Of a stretch of DNA of 64,000 nt, positions 24,433 through 37,876 are shown piece by piece (the first letter of the stretch is position 1; every line of letters begins with the position of its first letter). Both the position numbers and the translations under genes were made by a program. Below the pieces are notes generated by a model, which saw only the letters and a program-made list of their open reading frames with translations, made no database searches and was not told where the DNA came from. This stretch comes from Octopus vulgaris (lineage: Eukaryota). The stretch spans positions 10,354,001-10,418,000 of the forward strand of contig OX597816.1 in the NCBI GenBank assembly GCA_951406725.2, written 5' to 3'.

Positions 24433-24927
24433 CCATAAATCCTCAAGTGTAATCCGCATTTTTCTCCCAAAATTTAAAGGTCAAAATCCCTAGTGCGTAC
24501 TATATACGAGGTTAAAAATGAAAAATATTTTCTAAGCAATGTCCGAGTCTCTATTTGTTGTCCAGCAATGTTTCTTCAGATGCATTTTGTGATGTCGGGA
24601 GCGAAATTACCTTAAGCTAAGCCAGAAAGCAATGAAGTCATAAAAGAATCATCCATAACTTGCAATAAGCAACATTTACTAAACGTTATTACTGTTATTT
24701 CTTTATTTTCTGCAAACGAAATGCACAAAAAAGCTACACATTTGCATTATGTTATATATACAATAATAATAAAGGACATTACCGTATACATTTTTACAAA
24801 CCAAGGACGTTATATAGACCTCCTTGACTCAAGTTAGAGAAGGGGTGCGTATTATACACAAGGTTTAGGTTTTTCAGAGGTACAGCCCCCTAAAAATCCC
24901 CTGCGTATTATACTCAAGGATTTACAG
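24433..24927. mobile_element. pogo/Tigger-like MITE
   Basis: TA|CCATAAATCCTCAAGTGTAA ... TTATACTCAAGGATTTACAG|TA terminal inverted repeats, TA TSD, subterminal TGCGTATTATAC repeats. Confidence 0.75.
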
Positions 24928-25129
24928 TATGCATCAAAGCAGATTTTCTACAGCTGGATGCTCTTCCTGTTACCAACCATCACCTGTTTTCAAGCAAGTT
25001 AATATTTCTCGGCAGTTGGACATGTTTACAAGGAAGACTGGAAATGAGGGATACTGCTTGCATATGGTGATGCATCTTTACAACCATCATGTGATGTTAC
25101 AATGAGGAGATGCACAGGCATACATATGA

Positions 25130-25545
25130 TGGCCGTCCACTTGTGACCGAAGAAAACTGTTGCTGACCTTCAAGAACATTGTGCGCTTTAGGACTAACTT
25201 ATATTTTGCATTTGTGGCTCTGTTGGTGGCTAATGAGCCCTGCTCTTGGCAAGCATACACAACTGCAAACATTGCAGACCAAGTTATCCCCAGTCACTAT
25301 ACCAACAGTGCACTTTCGAGCTGCATAAGTTCTTCATGCTCTCTCAAAGGTGTCAACCTCTTCCTTAACCTGCTTCCCATCTGTGATGATGTCAGGCATT
25401 GCTCTTCCAGTCAGTCTCCTGCATATCACAGCCCTTTAATGAGGACTTGACACAGTCCTAAAATCGCAGCCTTGGTTTCTGCTGGGGTCTCCTTCCATTC
25501 ACAAGTTCCCCATATAGCATCTGCTTAGGGATTTTGCTATCCTTC
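25130..25545 (-). mobile_element. Degraded RTE-group LINE C-terminus with zinc finger
   Basis: Minus strand DSKIPKQMLYGELVNGRRPQQKPRLRF*DCVKSSLKGC..W, later CNVCSCVCLPRAGLISHQQSH. Confidence 0.7.
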
Positions 25546-25589
25546 ATTCTAATAAGGTGTCCAGTCAAACATAACCAGTTCTTTTATGT

Positions 25590-26165
25590 CATTATTCAGT
25601 TTTATTTCAACATTTCTTGCCAACAGGGAAAGAGCCGGTTTCTAATGTAGATCCAAAGCTCCTTCATTGGAATTTCAACAACATCAACAGCCTAATTTCT
25701 CAAGACTGGTATTTAGGCAGTGTGTTACATATCCCATGGCCCCAGTAATTACAGGCATAAACCTGAACTTGTAATCTGGATAGAATAACTGCAGATTTCT
25801 CAATAGTTCAGCATAGATGTTCTCTTTTTAACTGATCTTCAGCTTTATGTTAACATCTGCTGGGCATCTAATTACCACAACTGTGCACAGTTTCTCTTCT
25901 CTATCCCAAATCGTTATATCAGGTCTGTTGTGCTTACATTTTATTGAGGTCTTCACTGGTACATTCCACCAGGATTCTTTTTTATTATGAGTGGCTATGG
26001 CTTCTACCATATTGTGGGTTCTTATTTCTTTGTCCTCGGGATTATCCTTCCAACAGATTACATTATAGAGTGTCCTAGCTACGTCATGTCTCATTGATAA
26101 ATAATACTGTGATGACATTTTTGGACAGCTGCATATGATGTGGTGATATCTTCAGTGTGAACTCC
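25590..26165 (-). mobile_element. R4/Dong-like REL-endonuclease LINE 3' fragment
   Basis: ORF 25828-26118 and flanks: CPKMSSQYYLSMRHDVA..WWNVPV..HNRPDITIWD..CPAD..*KENIY..PVITGAMG (RHD, RPD, KxxxY motifs). The tail is repeated at 26215-26290. Confidence 0.8.
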
Positions 26166-26717
26166 AGGTTTTCCAGCATCATATGGTATTCAGTTTTATA
26201 TATATAAATATATATCTTGCCAATAGAGAAAGAAATAGTTACTATCCCAGATCCAAGGCTCCTTCATCGGGATTTCAACATCAACAACAAGGTATCTGTG
26301 TATGTTTGCGCATATGTGTGCAATATTTGGATTCAGTGCATGTGCAAATTTGAATGCTTTGTTTTATGTATGCATTCTCATGCATACAGTTACAGCTCAA
26401 CGTCTCCATTCTCCTTTCGTAACTATCACCAGGCATCGGTAGCTGGAAGGCACAGACTTTGTCGCCATGAATACAGTGCAATTATTTTCCAGATGTGATG
26501 AGCCATCAACAATTGCTTTACCAGTTGCTGATCTCAGTAGCATGATGTCTCTCCCATTCACCAGCACAAAAAACATTACGACGTGCAATAAATAAAAACC
26601 TCTGTTAATTGTTTGTGAGTGTTTTTAATTACTTCTGCACTCAGCCCTAGAATTACATTTTCATTCATCAGCAGTTACCATGACAACCATAACCACAACA
26701 ACATCCACGACACTTTG

Positions 26718-26948
26718 GGCGGCGAGCTGGTAGAATCGTTAGCACGCCAGGCAAAATGCGCAGCCGTATTTTGTCTGCTGTTACGTTCTGAGTTCAAATT
26801 CCGCCGAGGTCGACTTTGCCTGTCATCCCTTCGGGGTTGATAAATAAAGTACCAGTTATGCACTGGGGTCGATATAATCGACTTAATCCCTTTGTCTGTC
26901 TTAGTTTGTCCCCTTTATGTTTAGCCCCTTGTGGGCAATAAAGAAATA
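26718..26948 (+). mobile_element. SINE family B, young copy
   Basis: CpG-rich, full-length match ending CCCCTTGTGGGCAATAAAGAAATA. Confidence 0.88.
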
Positions 26949-27393
26949 TATACTTTACTATAGTAGCATATATGATTTTCAGAGAGATTTGCTGGTATTT
27001 CTAGCAGGTCAAAAGACGATATAAATGCTCCCTCATTAGATTATAAGCTCAAATCTCAAATGTAAAAGAAACAGGTAATTTATATTTAGCTTTCAAAGAC
27101 AACAATGTAAATGTCAGTGGGAAAAACTAAACGAGCGAATGAGGCATTTACTAATATTAAGTTAGTAATATTAATGCAATAAAGCATTGGTTACTTGGCA
27201 GATCAAGATGTCCTGGAAGCGTGGGTTGTTTAAACTTCCATCAAAGGAAATCTAAGTACTGGATGACTTTCAAATGACTTTTAATGACTTTACTTGCTGA
27301 CCTTTTTATTAATCATAAAGACATTTCTTTATAATACGATCGGTCATATTTATAGTGTGCACCTAATCTCCACAATGCATGTTGATGATGTTG

Positions 27394-27433
<40 letters not shown>

Positions 27434-28060
27434 GGCTGTAAGCTGGCAGAATTGTTAGCACACCGGGGAATAAAGTATAGCAGTATTTTAACCTTCTTCA
27501 CATTATGAGTTCAAATTCCACTGAGGTTGAATTTGCCTTTCATCATTTCGGGGGTCAATAAATTAAGTACCATTTGAGTACTGGGTTTAATGTAATCGAA
27601 TATCCCCCTCCCTGCAAATTTCAGGCCTTGCACCTATAGTAGAGAAGAAGAAGAAGAAGAAGAAGAAGCACTACCACCACCACCATGGTAGGCGGAAATT
27701 CAAAGAAGCCCGTCATACATATGTGTGTGTGTTTGTGTTTGTCACCCTAGCATTGCTTGACAACTGATGCTGGTGTGTTTATGTCCCTTTCACTTAGTGG
27801 TTCAGCAAAAGAGACCAAAAGATTAAGTCCCGAGGTCGATTTGCTCGACAAAAGGCAACGCTCCATCATGGCCACGGTCAAAAGACTGAAACAAGTAAAA
27901 GAGAGTAAGAGAGAGCTTTGATGGTCAACATTAGCAATGAGTCATAAACAAGCTTGACCACAGAGCAGCAATGGCCATCAGTCGTCTAATTTTAACATTT
28001 TATCTTCTTTCTCTATGTTCGTTGTTCATTACTGCTTTACTGGAAATCTGATAGAGAATT

Positions 28061-28590
28061 CATCATCATCATCATCGTTTAACCTCCGCTTTCCATGCTA
28101 GCATGGGTTGAACGTATGAATGAGGGCTGGCGAAACAGATGGCTGTATCAGGCTTCAATCTTGATTTGGCAGAGTTTCTACAGCTGGATGCCCTTCATAA
28201 CGCCAACCACTCCGAGAGTGTAGTGGGTGCTTTTTACGTGCCACTGGCACGGGGGCCAGTGAGGTAGCACTGGCAATGATCTCGCTCGAATCTTTTACAG
28301 ATGTCACCAGCACAGGTGCCAGTAAGGCGATGCTGGTAACGATTACACTCGAATGGTGTTTATTACGTGCCACCGGCATGGAGGCCAGATAGCCGCACTG
28401 GCAACGATCACGCTCTTAATACCCTACTAGCAGGGTGCTTGAGTGCCAGTAGTGTGACACTTGTAACGATCACGCTCAAATGGTGCCTTTTAAGTGTCAC
28501 TGGCGCGGAAGCCGGTTAGCCGCTCTGTCATTGATCACACTCGTATGGTGGTCTTTGCACCCCGCTAGCATGGATGCCAGTCATCGAATT
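28061..28590 (-). mobile_element. RTE-LINE 3'UTR copy with ~63-bp tandem units
   Basis: Repeated GGCAACGATCACGCTCGAATGGTG-like units next to the shared RTE tail; similar array at 53885-54300. Confidence 0.75.
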
Positions 28591-28973
28591 CGTTTATGCT
28601 ATTCCTAGAATTACCAGGAACAAGGTGAGACAGGTTTGATCTACAACTCAGATGTTTCCATAGGAATCTCCGGCTTTTGAGTATGTTGTGTATTTAAACC
28701 TCAACGACTTCCACGAATCAAATATTGCGGAAAGAAGATAATCTGACTGACCAAATTTCCAATTGATTTCAGTGCTTCCGATAACAGGATTAGTTCTGGG
28801 TTGTGGCTGGTTTCACTTGATTATCTCTTGATCTAATATTGTTGATCTGCCGTTGACTAATTCAACTTTGTTAATCGGTCAAGTTTGGTAACAGACAAAA
28901 GTTAATGACTGCCATACAGTTTATTAATTACTGTAAAAGTAAAAAATTATATCTTCAATATTACGAGAATTGA

Positions 28974-29357
28974 AGGCAATGAGCTGGCAGAAATGCGTAG
29001 CTGTAATTCATCTGTCTTTACGTTCTGAGTTCAAATTCCGCCAAGGTCGACTTTGCCTTTCATCCTTTCGGGGTCAATAAATTAAGTACCAATTATGCAC
29101 TGGGGTCGATGTAGTCGACTTAATTCGTTTGTCTGTCCTTGTTTGTTGCCCCTGTGTTTAGCCCCTTGTAGGTCATAGAGAAATAGGTATTTCATCTGTC
29201 TTAACGTTCTGAGTTCAAATTCTGCCGAGGTCGACTTTGCTTTTCATCCTTTTGGGGTTGATAAATTAAGTACGAGATGTGTACTGAGGTCGATCTAATC
29301 GACTGCCCCCTGCCCAGCAAAAAATTTGGGGCCTTGTACCTAGAGTAGAAAAGAATA
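28974..29357 (+). mobile_element. Dimeric SINE family B arrangement
   Basis: Two cores joined at GAAATAGGTATTTCATCTGT; same junction in 30120-30520. Further family B copies to 30750 and at 31805-32255. Confidence 0.75.
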
Positions 29358-29384
29358 TCACAATAATTCTTTCACATATACAAT

Positions 29385-29730
29385 TCTTTTTCTTCTTTCC
29401 TCCCTTTCTATCTTCCTTTTTTCTCTCTTCCTCTCTGTCTTTTCTTTCCATCTTTGTCATTTATTTCTTTCATACGTTCATTTGTTCCTTCTTTCTTTTT
29501 TCTCTTCTCTTTTCTTTCCTTTTTCATTCCATCTTCATTTCTTTTCTTTCTCTCTTCCTTTCTATCTTTGTTTCTGTCCTTTCTTTCTTTCATTACTTTT
29601 TCCTTTTTTCTCTTTTCTTCCTTTTTTTCCTTCATTTCTGTCTTTCCTTTTCTTTTTCTTCTCTTTTGTTTTGTCTTCTTTCATCATTTCCCTTCTCCTC
29701 CTCCTCCTCTAATCTTCACCCCCCCCCCAG
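29385..29730. repeat. Polypyrimidine (CT-rich) low-complexity tract
   Basis: About 345 nt of almost only C/T on the + strand. Confidence 0.95.
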
Positions 29731-32700
29731 CCTGACATTCTCTCTAATGTCGTTATCAACATCAACAGGCTGAAGTTGGTGGACTTAATTCCAGGATAAC
29801 GATTGTTCCCTTTCTCTCTGTTTGCGATAACCATATTTTGTAGTTACGACATAACCGAACTAAGCTGTAAATCAGGAAATAATGAGCCAGATTACCTGCA
29901 GATATATGACATGAGATATTCAGTTTGCGGTTGATTATAGATTTTGCTATATTTTGGTCCGTGACAAAACACAGACTAACAGAAACAACACATTTAGCGA
30001 CGATCTAAAGACATTTCCAAGTTGATACTTTCTTGTATTGCATAATGTTTTCAAAGTTCTTCGCAAGAACCAGTCAAGCTAAGAAGGAAATAAATGTACA
30101 CAATTCTTTGTAGAATATCTAAGGTGGCAAGTTGGCAGAATTGTTAGCATGCTGGGCGAAATGCTTAGCAGTATTTCGTCTGCAGCTGCATTCTGAGTTC
30201 AAATTCCACCAAGGTTGACTTTGCCTTTCATCCTTTCAGGGTCGATTAAATAAGTACCAGTTGCACACTAGGGTCAATGTAATCGACTTAATTCCTTTGT
30301 CTATCCTTGTGTGTCCTCTCTGTGTTTAGCCCCTTGTGGGTAGTAAAGAAATAGGTATTTCATCTGTTTTTATGTTCTGAGCTCAAATTCTGCCACGGTT
30401 GACTTTGTCCTTTATCCTTTTGGGGTCTATAAATTAAGTACCAGTTGTGTACTGGGATTGAATTGACTCGCCCCCTACCTAAAAATTTAGGGCCTGTGCC
30501 TAGAGTAGAAAAGAATATATCTATATTCAAAGGCTGCGAGCTGGCAGAAACGTTAATATGCCAGGTGAAATGCTTAGCGGTATTTCGTCTGTCTTTACAT
30601 CTTGAGTTCAAATTCCACTGAGGTCGACTTTGTCTTTTATCTTTTTGGGGTCGATAAATTAAGTACCAGTTGCATACTGGGGTCAATCTAATCAACTGGC
30701 CCCTGCCCCCCAAAAATTTCAGGCCTTGTGCCTAGAGTAGAAAAGATTCTTTGTAGAATATCTTTTTATCTTTTACTTGTTTTAGTTACCGGACTGTGGC
30801 CATGCTGGAGCATCAGCCTGAAGGAATTTCGTTGAGCAAATCGACTCCTGTACTTGCTTTTAAATCTGGTACTTATCCTATCAGTCTATTGCCGAACTGC
30901 TAGGTTATAGGGATGTAAGCAAACCAACACTGGTTACCAAGATACACACACATGACAAACTTCCACATGGTTTCTGTTCACTAACTTCATTCATCAGATT
31001 ACTAGACAGAAGGGCCTGTGCTCGTTAGAGTCATCAATTTGAAGGAAGAAATTTTGGCTGAGGAATCCCTCGAGGTCAAAATATTGCACATCATCATAGC
31101 TTTCAGTGTTTAGTTTCCTATCTTTGCACAGGTTGAATAGCATTTAATGAGACAGATTTTCTATGGCTGGATGCCCTTCCTATCACTAACCCTCACCTGT
31201 TTCAAAGCAAAGTAATGTTTCCCCAAGGCCAGACATGATTTCACAGAAGACTGGAAATGACAGACAATGCTTGAATGGCACTCATTTACAAGACAAGGAG
31301 ACACAAACACACATATACATATATTACAGGCTTCTTTCAGTTTCCATTTATATAATTCATTAACAAGGCTTTGGTCAGACCAAAGCTATAGTACAAGACA
31401 ACTGCCCAAGGTGTCATGCAGTGGGACTGAACCTGAAACCATGTGGTTGGGAGGTAAACTTCTTAACCACACAGCCATGTTTGCACACACACACACACAC
31501 ATTGGATGGTCTTCCACACAGTTTCCATCAGCCAAAATTCACTCACAAAGTATTGGTCAGCCTGAGGCTATAGTAGAAGACACGTGCCATGCAGTGGGAC
31601 TGAACCTGGAACCACATGTTCTTTAGTGATTGTGAAGTGAAGTGAACTTCTTAACAACACAGCCACATTCTTATATTCTAAACAATAACAGTAGTGAATT
31701 GGTCGAATCATCAGCACTGCAAAGAATACACTTGTGGCACTTAGTTACAACTGGTTTAGAATAAAGTACCAGTCACACACTGGGGTCAATATTATCATTA
31801 ATGCAAGACAGCGAGCTGGCAGAATCGTTAGCATGCCAGGTGAAATGCTTAGTGGTATTTCGTCTGTCTTTACGTTCTGAGTTCAAATTCTGCTGAGGTC
31901 GACGATGCCTTTCATCCTTTCAGGGTTGATAAATTAAGTACCAGTTGCATACTGGGGTCGATCTAATCGACTCCCCCCTCCCTACACAAAACTTTCGGGC
32001 CTTGTGCCAAGAGTAGAAAAGACTCTTGAAGGTGGCAAGCTGGCAGAATCGTTAGCATGCCGGGTAAAATGCTTAGCGGTATTTCATCTGTCTTTTATGT
32101 TCTGAGTTCAAATTCCGCTGAGGTTGACTTTGCTTTACATCTCTTCAGGGTCAATAAATTAAGTACCAGTCACATACTGGAGATTGATCTAATCAACTTC
32201 CCTGCACCCCGCTCCCCCAAAATTTCAGGCATTGTGCTTAGAGTAGAAAGGAATGTTACTGTTAATGATTCTTCCTCTCAAACCTGGCTTCTTGTTCCAA
32301 TGTAAGTAATATATATATGGCCACTATAGCAGCATCTTAAGAATTGCTAAATATTAATAGATTATGGCTGAGAATAAAGTCTATATTTGTGACTAAATAA
32401 TCACCATGTAACGATATTTTTTCAGATTAGCAAAATTAAAAAGTTCAGTGTTGTCAGCAGAAAGCAAATATGGTCAGATAACATAAACGATAATTATTCT
32501 GCATCATAGGTAGAGCAGCAACATCAATTTCTAATACTAAATTACAATGTTTAATGTGATTCAAAAGGTAAAAATGTTAGTATGTGTGTGTATAAGTATA
32601 CATACGTATGTATATCTCAAGCATCACATGTACAGGTTTCTCTTATACACACACATACATATACAAGCATATATATGGAGCAGTAAATGAATTATGTGCT

Positions 32701-33254
32701 GAAAGTGTTACAGAGCTCTACTGCATTAATCTTATCTGGTTTTGAACATAAACAAAAGGGTATGTACTTGATATGTTGAGGTCATTGAATAGTTGACCGA
32801 AAACAAATCACCTTTGGGAAGTCATTTGACAACTAATGCTTATCTTTTATTATACGACCAAATACTTTTGGCAAGAAAACGGTTGTTTATATAATCTGTT
32901 TCAGATTAATCATTATTAGTTTCCTCATCATTCACTTTACCTTTCGTCGTTTCAGGGTGGTTGATAAAATGAGAACCAGGTGAGTACTGAGAGTGAGAGC
33001 ATCAACTAACCTATGCTTGCTGATCTTGAGCCAAAATCTAAAAGCATTAAGAAACATGGGTTGGCAGAATCTTTAACAAGAGTGGCTGTGTGGTAAGAAG
33101 CTTGCTTCATAATCACATGGTTCCAGGTTCAGTCCCACTGCATGGCACTTTGGGCAAATGTATCTATTATAACCTTGGGCCAACCAAAGCCTTGTGAGTG
33201 GATTTGGTAGATCGAAACTGAAAGAAGTTCATCATATATATGTGTGTGTGTGTG

Positions 33255-33555
33255 TGGACGCACAATGACCCAGTGGTTAGGGCAGCGGACTCAGGGTTGT
33301 AGGATCACAGTTTCGATTCCCAGATCAGGTGTTGTGAATGCTTATTGGGCAAAAACACCTAAAGCTCCGCGAGGCTCTGGCAGAGGGTGGTGGTGATCCC
33401 TGCTGTACTCTTCCACCATAACGTTTTCTCACTCTTTCTTCTGTTGGCCTGCTCACTTAGCCAGCAGGGCAGCTTCATTTGAAGGCTAAAACAATGCGAG
33501 GTGCATTGTGACCAGTGATGTGTATCAACATCTGATAGCCTGGTCGGTCACAGTA
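33255..33555 (+). mobile_element. SINE family C nested in the microsatellite of a family A SINE (33080-33735)
   Basis: GGACGCACAATGACCCAGTGGTTAGGGCAGCGGACTC..GTTTCGATTCCCAG head; reverse copy at 39115-39409. Confidence 0.8.
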
Positions 33556-34659
33556 ATATATATGTGTATGTGTGTGTGTATTTGTGTTTGTCCTCCCACC
33601 ATCACTTGACAACCAATGTTGGTGTGTTTACGTCCCCATAACATAGCGGATCAGCAAAAGAGACCAATAGAATAAGTACTAGGCCTACAAAAAATAAGTC
33701 CTGTGACTGAAACAAATGACTGAAACAAATAAAAAAATATTAGACAAGATGTTTAGCAGCACTTTTTCAGGTTCTTTACTTCCTGATTTCAAATATCCTA
33801 GAGGCTAACTTTGCTTTCATCCTTTCAGGGTCAATAAAATAAGTACCAGCTGAGCCCTGGGGGTGAATGTAATTGACATACCCGCCTCCTAAAATAGCTG
33901 CCCTTGTGCCCACAAGTGTAGCTGGAGTGTATGTCACCCGGGGTGGCCCGTCTGCTTGCTGCCCCTGGACCCCACAAAAAACACATATTGCCTACAACAG
34001 ACCCCAAAGTGCCACCCAGGGCAGACCACTCCCTCCCCCAGCTACACTAGTGCTTGTGCCAAAATTTTAAGCCATTATTATTGAAGACAGCAAAATGGCA
34101 GAATTTTTTGTGTGTTGGACAAAATGTTTAGAAGCATTCCTTTTGGCTCTTTATATTCTGAGTTCAAATTCAACCAACAGCTTTGCTTTACATTCTTGGA
34201 GAAACAATGAAATAAAACCAGTTGAGCATTGGGGTGAGGGTGGAGTCAATTACATTGTTCATCATTGCTCTGATGAGCTTTCTGGCCAAGTACCCTCTGT
34301 CAAGCCCTTTAGAGAAAGAATCTTCTCAGTGAATCCCCTTTCAAAAAATTGTTTGAAAGCCACAGATCTGATGCGATAAACTTAACCCAACTCATTGAAA
34401 AATACAGATATTTTCGACTTAGAAGTTTTCTCAGCTTTTTTCAACTTCTTGCTAAATATACAAACAGGTTATTTCGATCAAACTACAAAGTCTCTACAAA
34501 ACGAAAATTAATAGGATTTGTGAAATACATATTAATAATGCTGTGTGCTGAGTTGCTTTTATATTGTCTTTGAAATTAAATATATTATTTGTTTGCCGCT
34601 TCTCTTCTTTGACTCTCTGTGGAGTTTCCTGTCTTTTTATTCTAAAATAATAATAATAA

Positions 34660-35380
34660 TAATGATGAAATTATTGTATACGGTGCTCAGGTGCACCACA
34701 ACTTGTCAAAAGTGCATATAAAGCACATGCAGTAATGCACAAATGTCTGGAAAGCGAACAGTGTGTGAGTCAGATACATGCTTGTGTGTGTATGGAGGGG
34801 AGAAAATCAGGTGTAGTGTTGGTGAATCTCAGGAAGCATGGAAGTTTTGAAGGATGCAGTGCTCCGACAACTAACAACTGATGCCGGCAGTTTGTTTCAT
34901 GCTTCAGCAACTCTTAGCATGAAAAAATGTTTCCGAAAGTCATGGGAGCTGTGCTGTTTTCTAACTTTGTAAACATGTCCACGGGTGTTAGACAGGTGGA
35001 GTTTATATATAACATAATGAAATTATTGTATACAGTGCTCAGGTGCACCACAACTTGTCAAAAGTGGGTATAAAGCATATGCAGTAATGTACAAATGTCT
35101 GGGGAGCGAACAGTGTACGAGTCAGATATATGCTTGTGTGTGTATGGAGGGGAGAAAATCAGGTGTAGTGTTGGTGAATCTCAGGAAGCATGGAAGTTTT
35201 GAAGGATGCAGTGCTCCGACAACTAACAACTTATGCCGGCAGTTTGTTCCATGCTTCAGCAACTCTTAGCATGAAAAAATGTTTCCGAAAGTCATGGAAG
35301 GAGCTGTGCTGTTTTCTGACTTTGTAAACATGTCCACGGGTGTTAGACGGGTGGAGTTTGAAAAGGTGCTCAGAGTTATA
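34660..35380 (-). mobile_element. Two tandem CR1/L2-type LINE 3' ends
   Basis: HLFKLHPSNTRGHVYKVRKQHSS..RKHFFMLRVAEAWNKLPA (TRGH..FFxxRV..WNxLP motif); units 34660-35003 and 35015-35380. Confidence 0.8.
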
Positions 35381-35753
35381 GTTTCTTTCCTTAAACTGTA
35401 GCTCTCTAGAACTTACTACAATCCTTTTGTTTTCCTCTTGTCTATGATATTCAGTTCTTCCTGTTAAATGACAACTTTTGTATCTGTAGCCTTCTGTTTC
35501 TTCTTTGTAGCTCCTCATGCTACTGCAGCCTCGAGCCTTGTTTGGGACAAAATCATATAAAAAAAAAAGGAAACAAAAAACAGCAGTCAAATGCTTAAGA
35601 ACAACACCCTCTCAACAGAAGCCTCAGTTTATTCAAAATTGCTTGTGGTCCTCCATGAAAGCATACCTGAACTATACGTTACCTGAGTAGATTATTAATT
35701 TGCATGAAAACAGGTAAAGGTTGGTGTCAGGAACATTCATCATCATTGTTCTA

Positions 35754-35900
35754 CCATCAAGGTCCTCTACACAGATACGTCTTCAACCATCTTAACTTCT
35801 GATGGGGAAACATCATCTTTCTCAGTCAAAGCCGGAATACCGCAGGGAGACACACTCGCCCCATTTCTCTTCATCATTGTCGTTGACTATGTGCTAGGTA
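35754..35900 (+). mobile_element. Isolated non-LTR reverse transcriptase fragment (RTE group)
   Basis: IKVLYTDTSSTILTSDGETSSFSVKAGIPQGDTLAPFLFIIVVDYVL contains the RT motif GxxQGDxLxPxLF. Confidence 0.8.
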
Positions 35901-36682
35901 TTCAGTCAGGAACAACATCTGACCATAGAAGACTTTGTTACAACATAGTCTTGTCTGACTGATACAAGTATGGAAAATCATCACCACCATCATCATTGTT
36001 TAACGTCTGCTTTCCATGCTAGCATGGGTTGAACGATTTTGACTGAGGGTTGGCGAACCAGATGGCTGCACCAGACTCCAATCTGATCGGGCAGAGTTCA
36101 GATTGGAAAAATAAATGTTAAAACGATGATGATGATATAAGAAAGTTTCTTTGCAGAATTTCTTGCAGACGTTTCAAACTTAGTAAAATTTATAGCAGAC
36201 TCAGTGGAACAAATAATATATTTAATTTCAAAGACAATACAAAGGCAACACAGCACACAGCATTATTAATATGTATTTCACAAATCCTATTAATTTTCGT
36301 TTTGTAGAGACTTTGTAGTTTGATTGAAATAACCTGTTTGTATATTTAGCAAGAAGTTGAAAAAGCTGAGAAAACTTTTAAGTCGAAAATATCTGTATTT
36401 TTCAATGAGTTGGGTTAAGTTTATCGCATCAGATCTGTGGCTTTCAAACAATTTTTTGAAAGGGGATTCATTGAGAAGATTCTTTCTTTGGTTCACCGAA
36501 AACTTTTTCTTTTTTTATTTTTCACTTAACATATCAAAGGAGATAAGAATATTTTCTAATAAAATCAATAAAGAAATGTATCAAGACTAATATTATTTCA
36601 AAATCAAAGGAAGGAAATATTTCCAACGATCGACTAACGAATAAAAACTTCCTTCAAAATAAATATGCTCCATCAGCAGTTA

Positions 36683-36716
<34 letters not shown>

Positions 36717-36717
<1 letters not shown>

Positions 36718-37261
36718 GCTTATTGTCTTTGCACAGCTTCTAATGCTGGATATGTTCTACGGGGTCAGCTGTTCACTACCAGTGAACTAAGGTAACACCC
36801 CTTATTTTTTGACCATCATCCAGAGTATTCAAGTGGTTTCAAGCAGTGCTGTTTTCTGCAAGTGCTCCACCCGTATTGCAGCCCCTATTTGTTCAATGTA
36901 CTTCTCAAGATTTTTACTCACTGTTCCCAGGGCTCTGACAATCATTGATACTACTACCACCTTTTTCAGCGACCACAACTGCTTAACCTCCCAAGCTAAC
37001 CTGTTATATCTATTGACTTTTCTTGAATTATCATTATTATTATTATCATTATTAATTATTATAATTATTGTCTTTGTACGGCTTCTAACGCTAGAGATGT
37101 ACTACAGTGTCACAGTGACCACAACTGCTTAACCTCCCAAGCTAACCTGTCATATCTATCGACTTTTCTTTCTTCCTTATCACATACCTTGTTGTCAGCT
37201 GGGCATGCTATATCTATGATCCAGCATAGTTTGCTTTCTTTTTCAATTAACACTATGTCTG

Positions 37262-37262
<1 letters not shown>
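36717..37262 (-). mobile_element. R4/Dong-like LINE 3' fragments embedded in (TAA)n
   Basis: PDIVLIEKESKLCWIIDIACPADNKVCDKEERKVDRYDRLAWEVKQLWS and RKVNRYNRLAWEVKQLWSLKKVVVVSMIVRALGTV..LQKTALL; (TTA)n on both flanks. Confidence 0.8.
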
Positions 37263-37296
<34 letters not shown>

Positions 37297-37510
37297 GAGG
37301 GTGAGCTGGAAAAATCATTAGCGTGCTGGACTAAATGCTCAGCAGTTTTTCATCCATCTTTATGCTTTGAGTTCAAATTCTGCTGAGGTTGAATTTACCT
37401 TTCATCCTTCCAGGGTCAATAAAATAAGAACCACTTGAGTACTGGGATTGAGGTAACCAACTTACCCCTCCTCCAAACCTACTGGCCTTGTGCCAAAATT
37501 TGAAACCAGC

Positions 37511-37876
37511 ATTACCTTCATCTTAGTGAAGGGGAGGTATTGTTTTCAGTTGTGTTTGTTTGTTTGTTTGTCCATGGATAAAATATCTCAAGAACTGCTG
37601 GATGGATTCAGATGAAACTTTCAGGGATGTTTGGTCTCATGACTGGCACAAACTGATTAAATATTGGGATCGATCTGGTACTGGACAAAGATTCTGGATT
37701 ATTTTTCGCGTTTTTTTACTTAATTTTTGAGAGCGGTCAGATTCATTTTAATATTCCCATTTGTGAGAGCAGTTGAGTTTATTTCAGATATTCTCATTTT
37801 AAAAATAATCTCTTGCCAATTGTTGAGAGGACATTGGTGTTGCCTTGGCAGAGGTTTGTGCTCTCTGGGTACTCAC
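37511..37876 (+). mobile_element. Helentron/HINE-like non-autonomous element
   Basis: 5' ATTACCT..GGAGGTATTGTTTTC, (GTTT)n, 3' CCTTGGCAGAGGT plus terminal hairpin GTGCTCTCTGGGTAC; reverse copy at 50762-51360. Confidence 0.6.

Larger units (their letters stand above)
34313..36488. repeat. 281-bp inverted repeat (arms 34313-34593 and 36208-36488)
   Basis: Arms are near-perfect reverse complements; the ORF track shows FESHRSDAINLTQLIEKYRYFRL on opposite strands. Confidence 0.92.

Noticed and set aside
34262-34300. Isolated CTGATGA words (also 10162, 21839 minus, 46702, 58203)
   Set aside because: No correctly placed GAAA box and stems.
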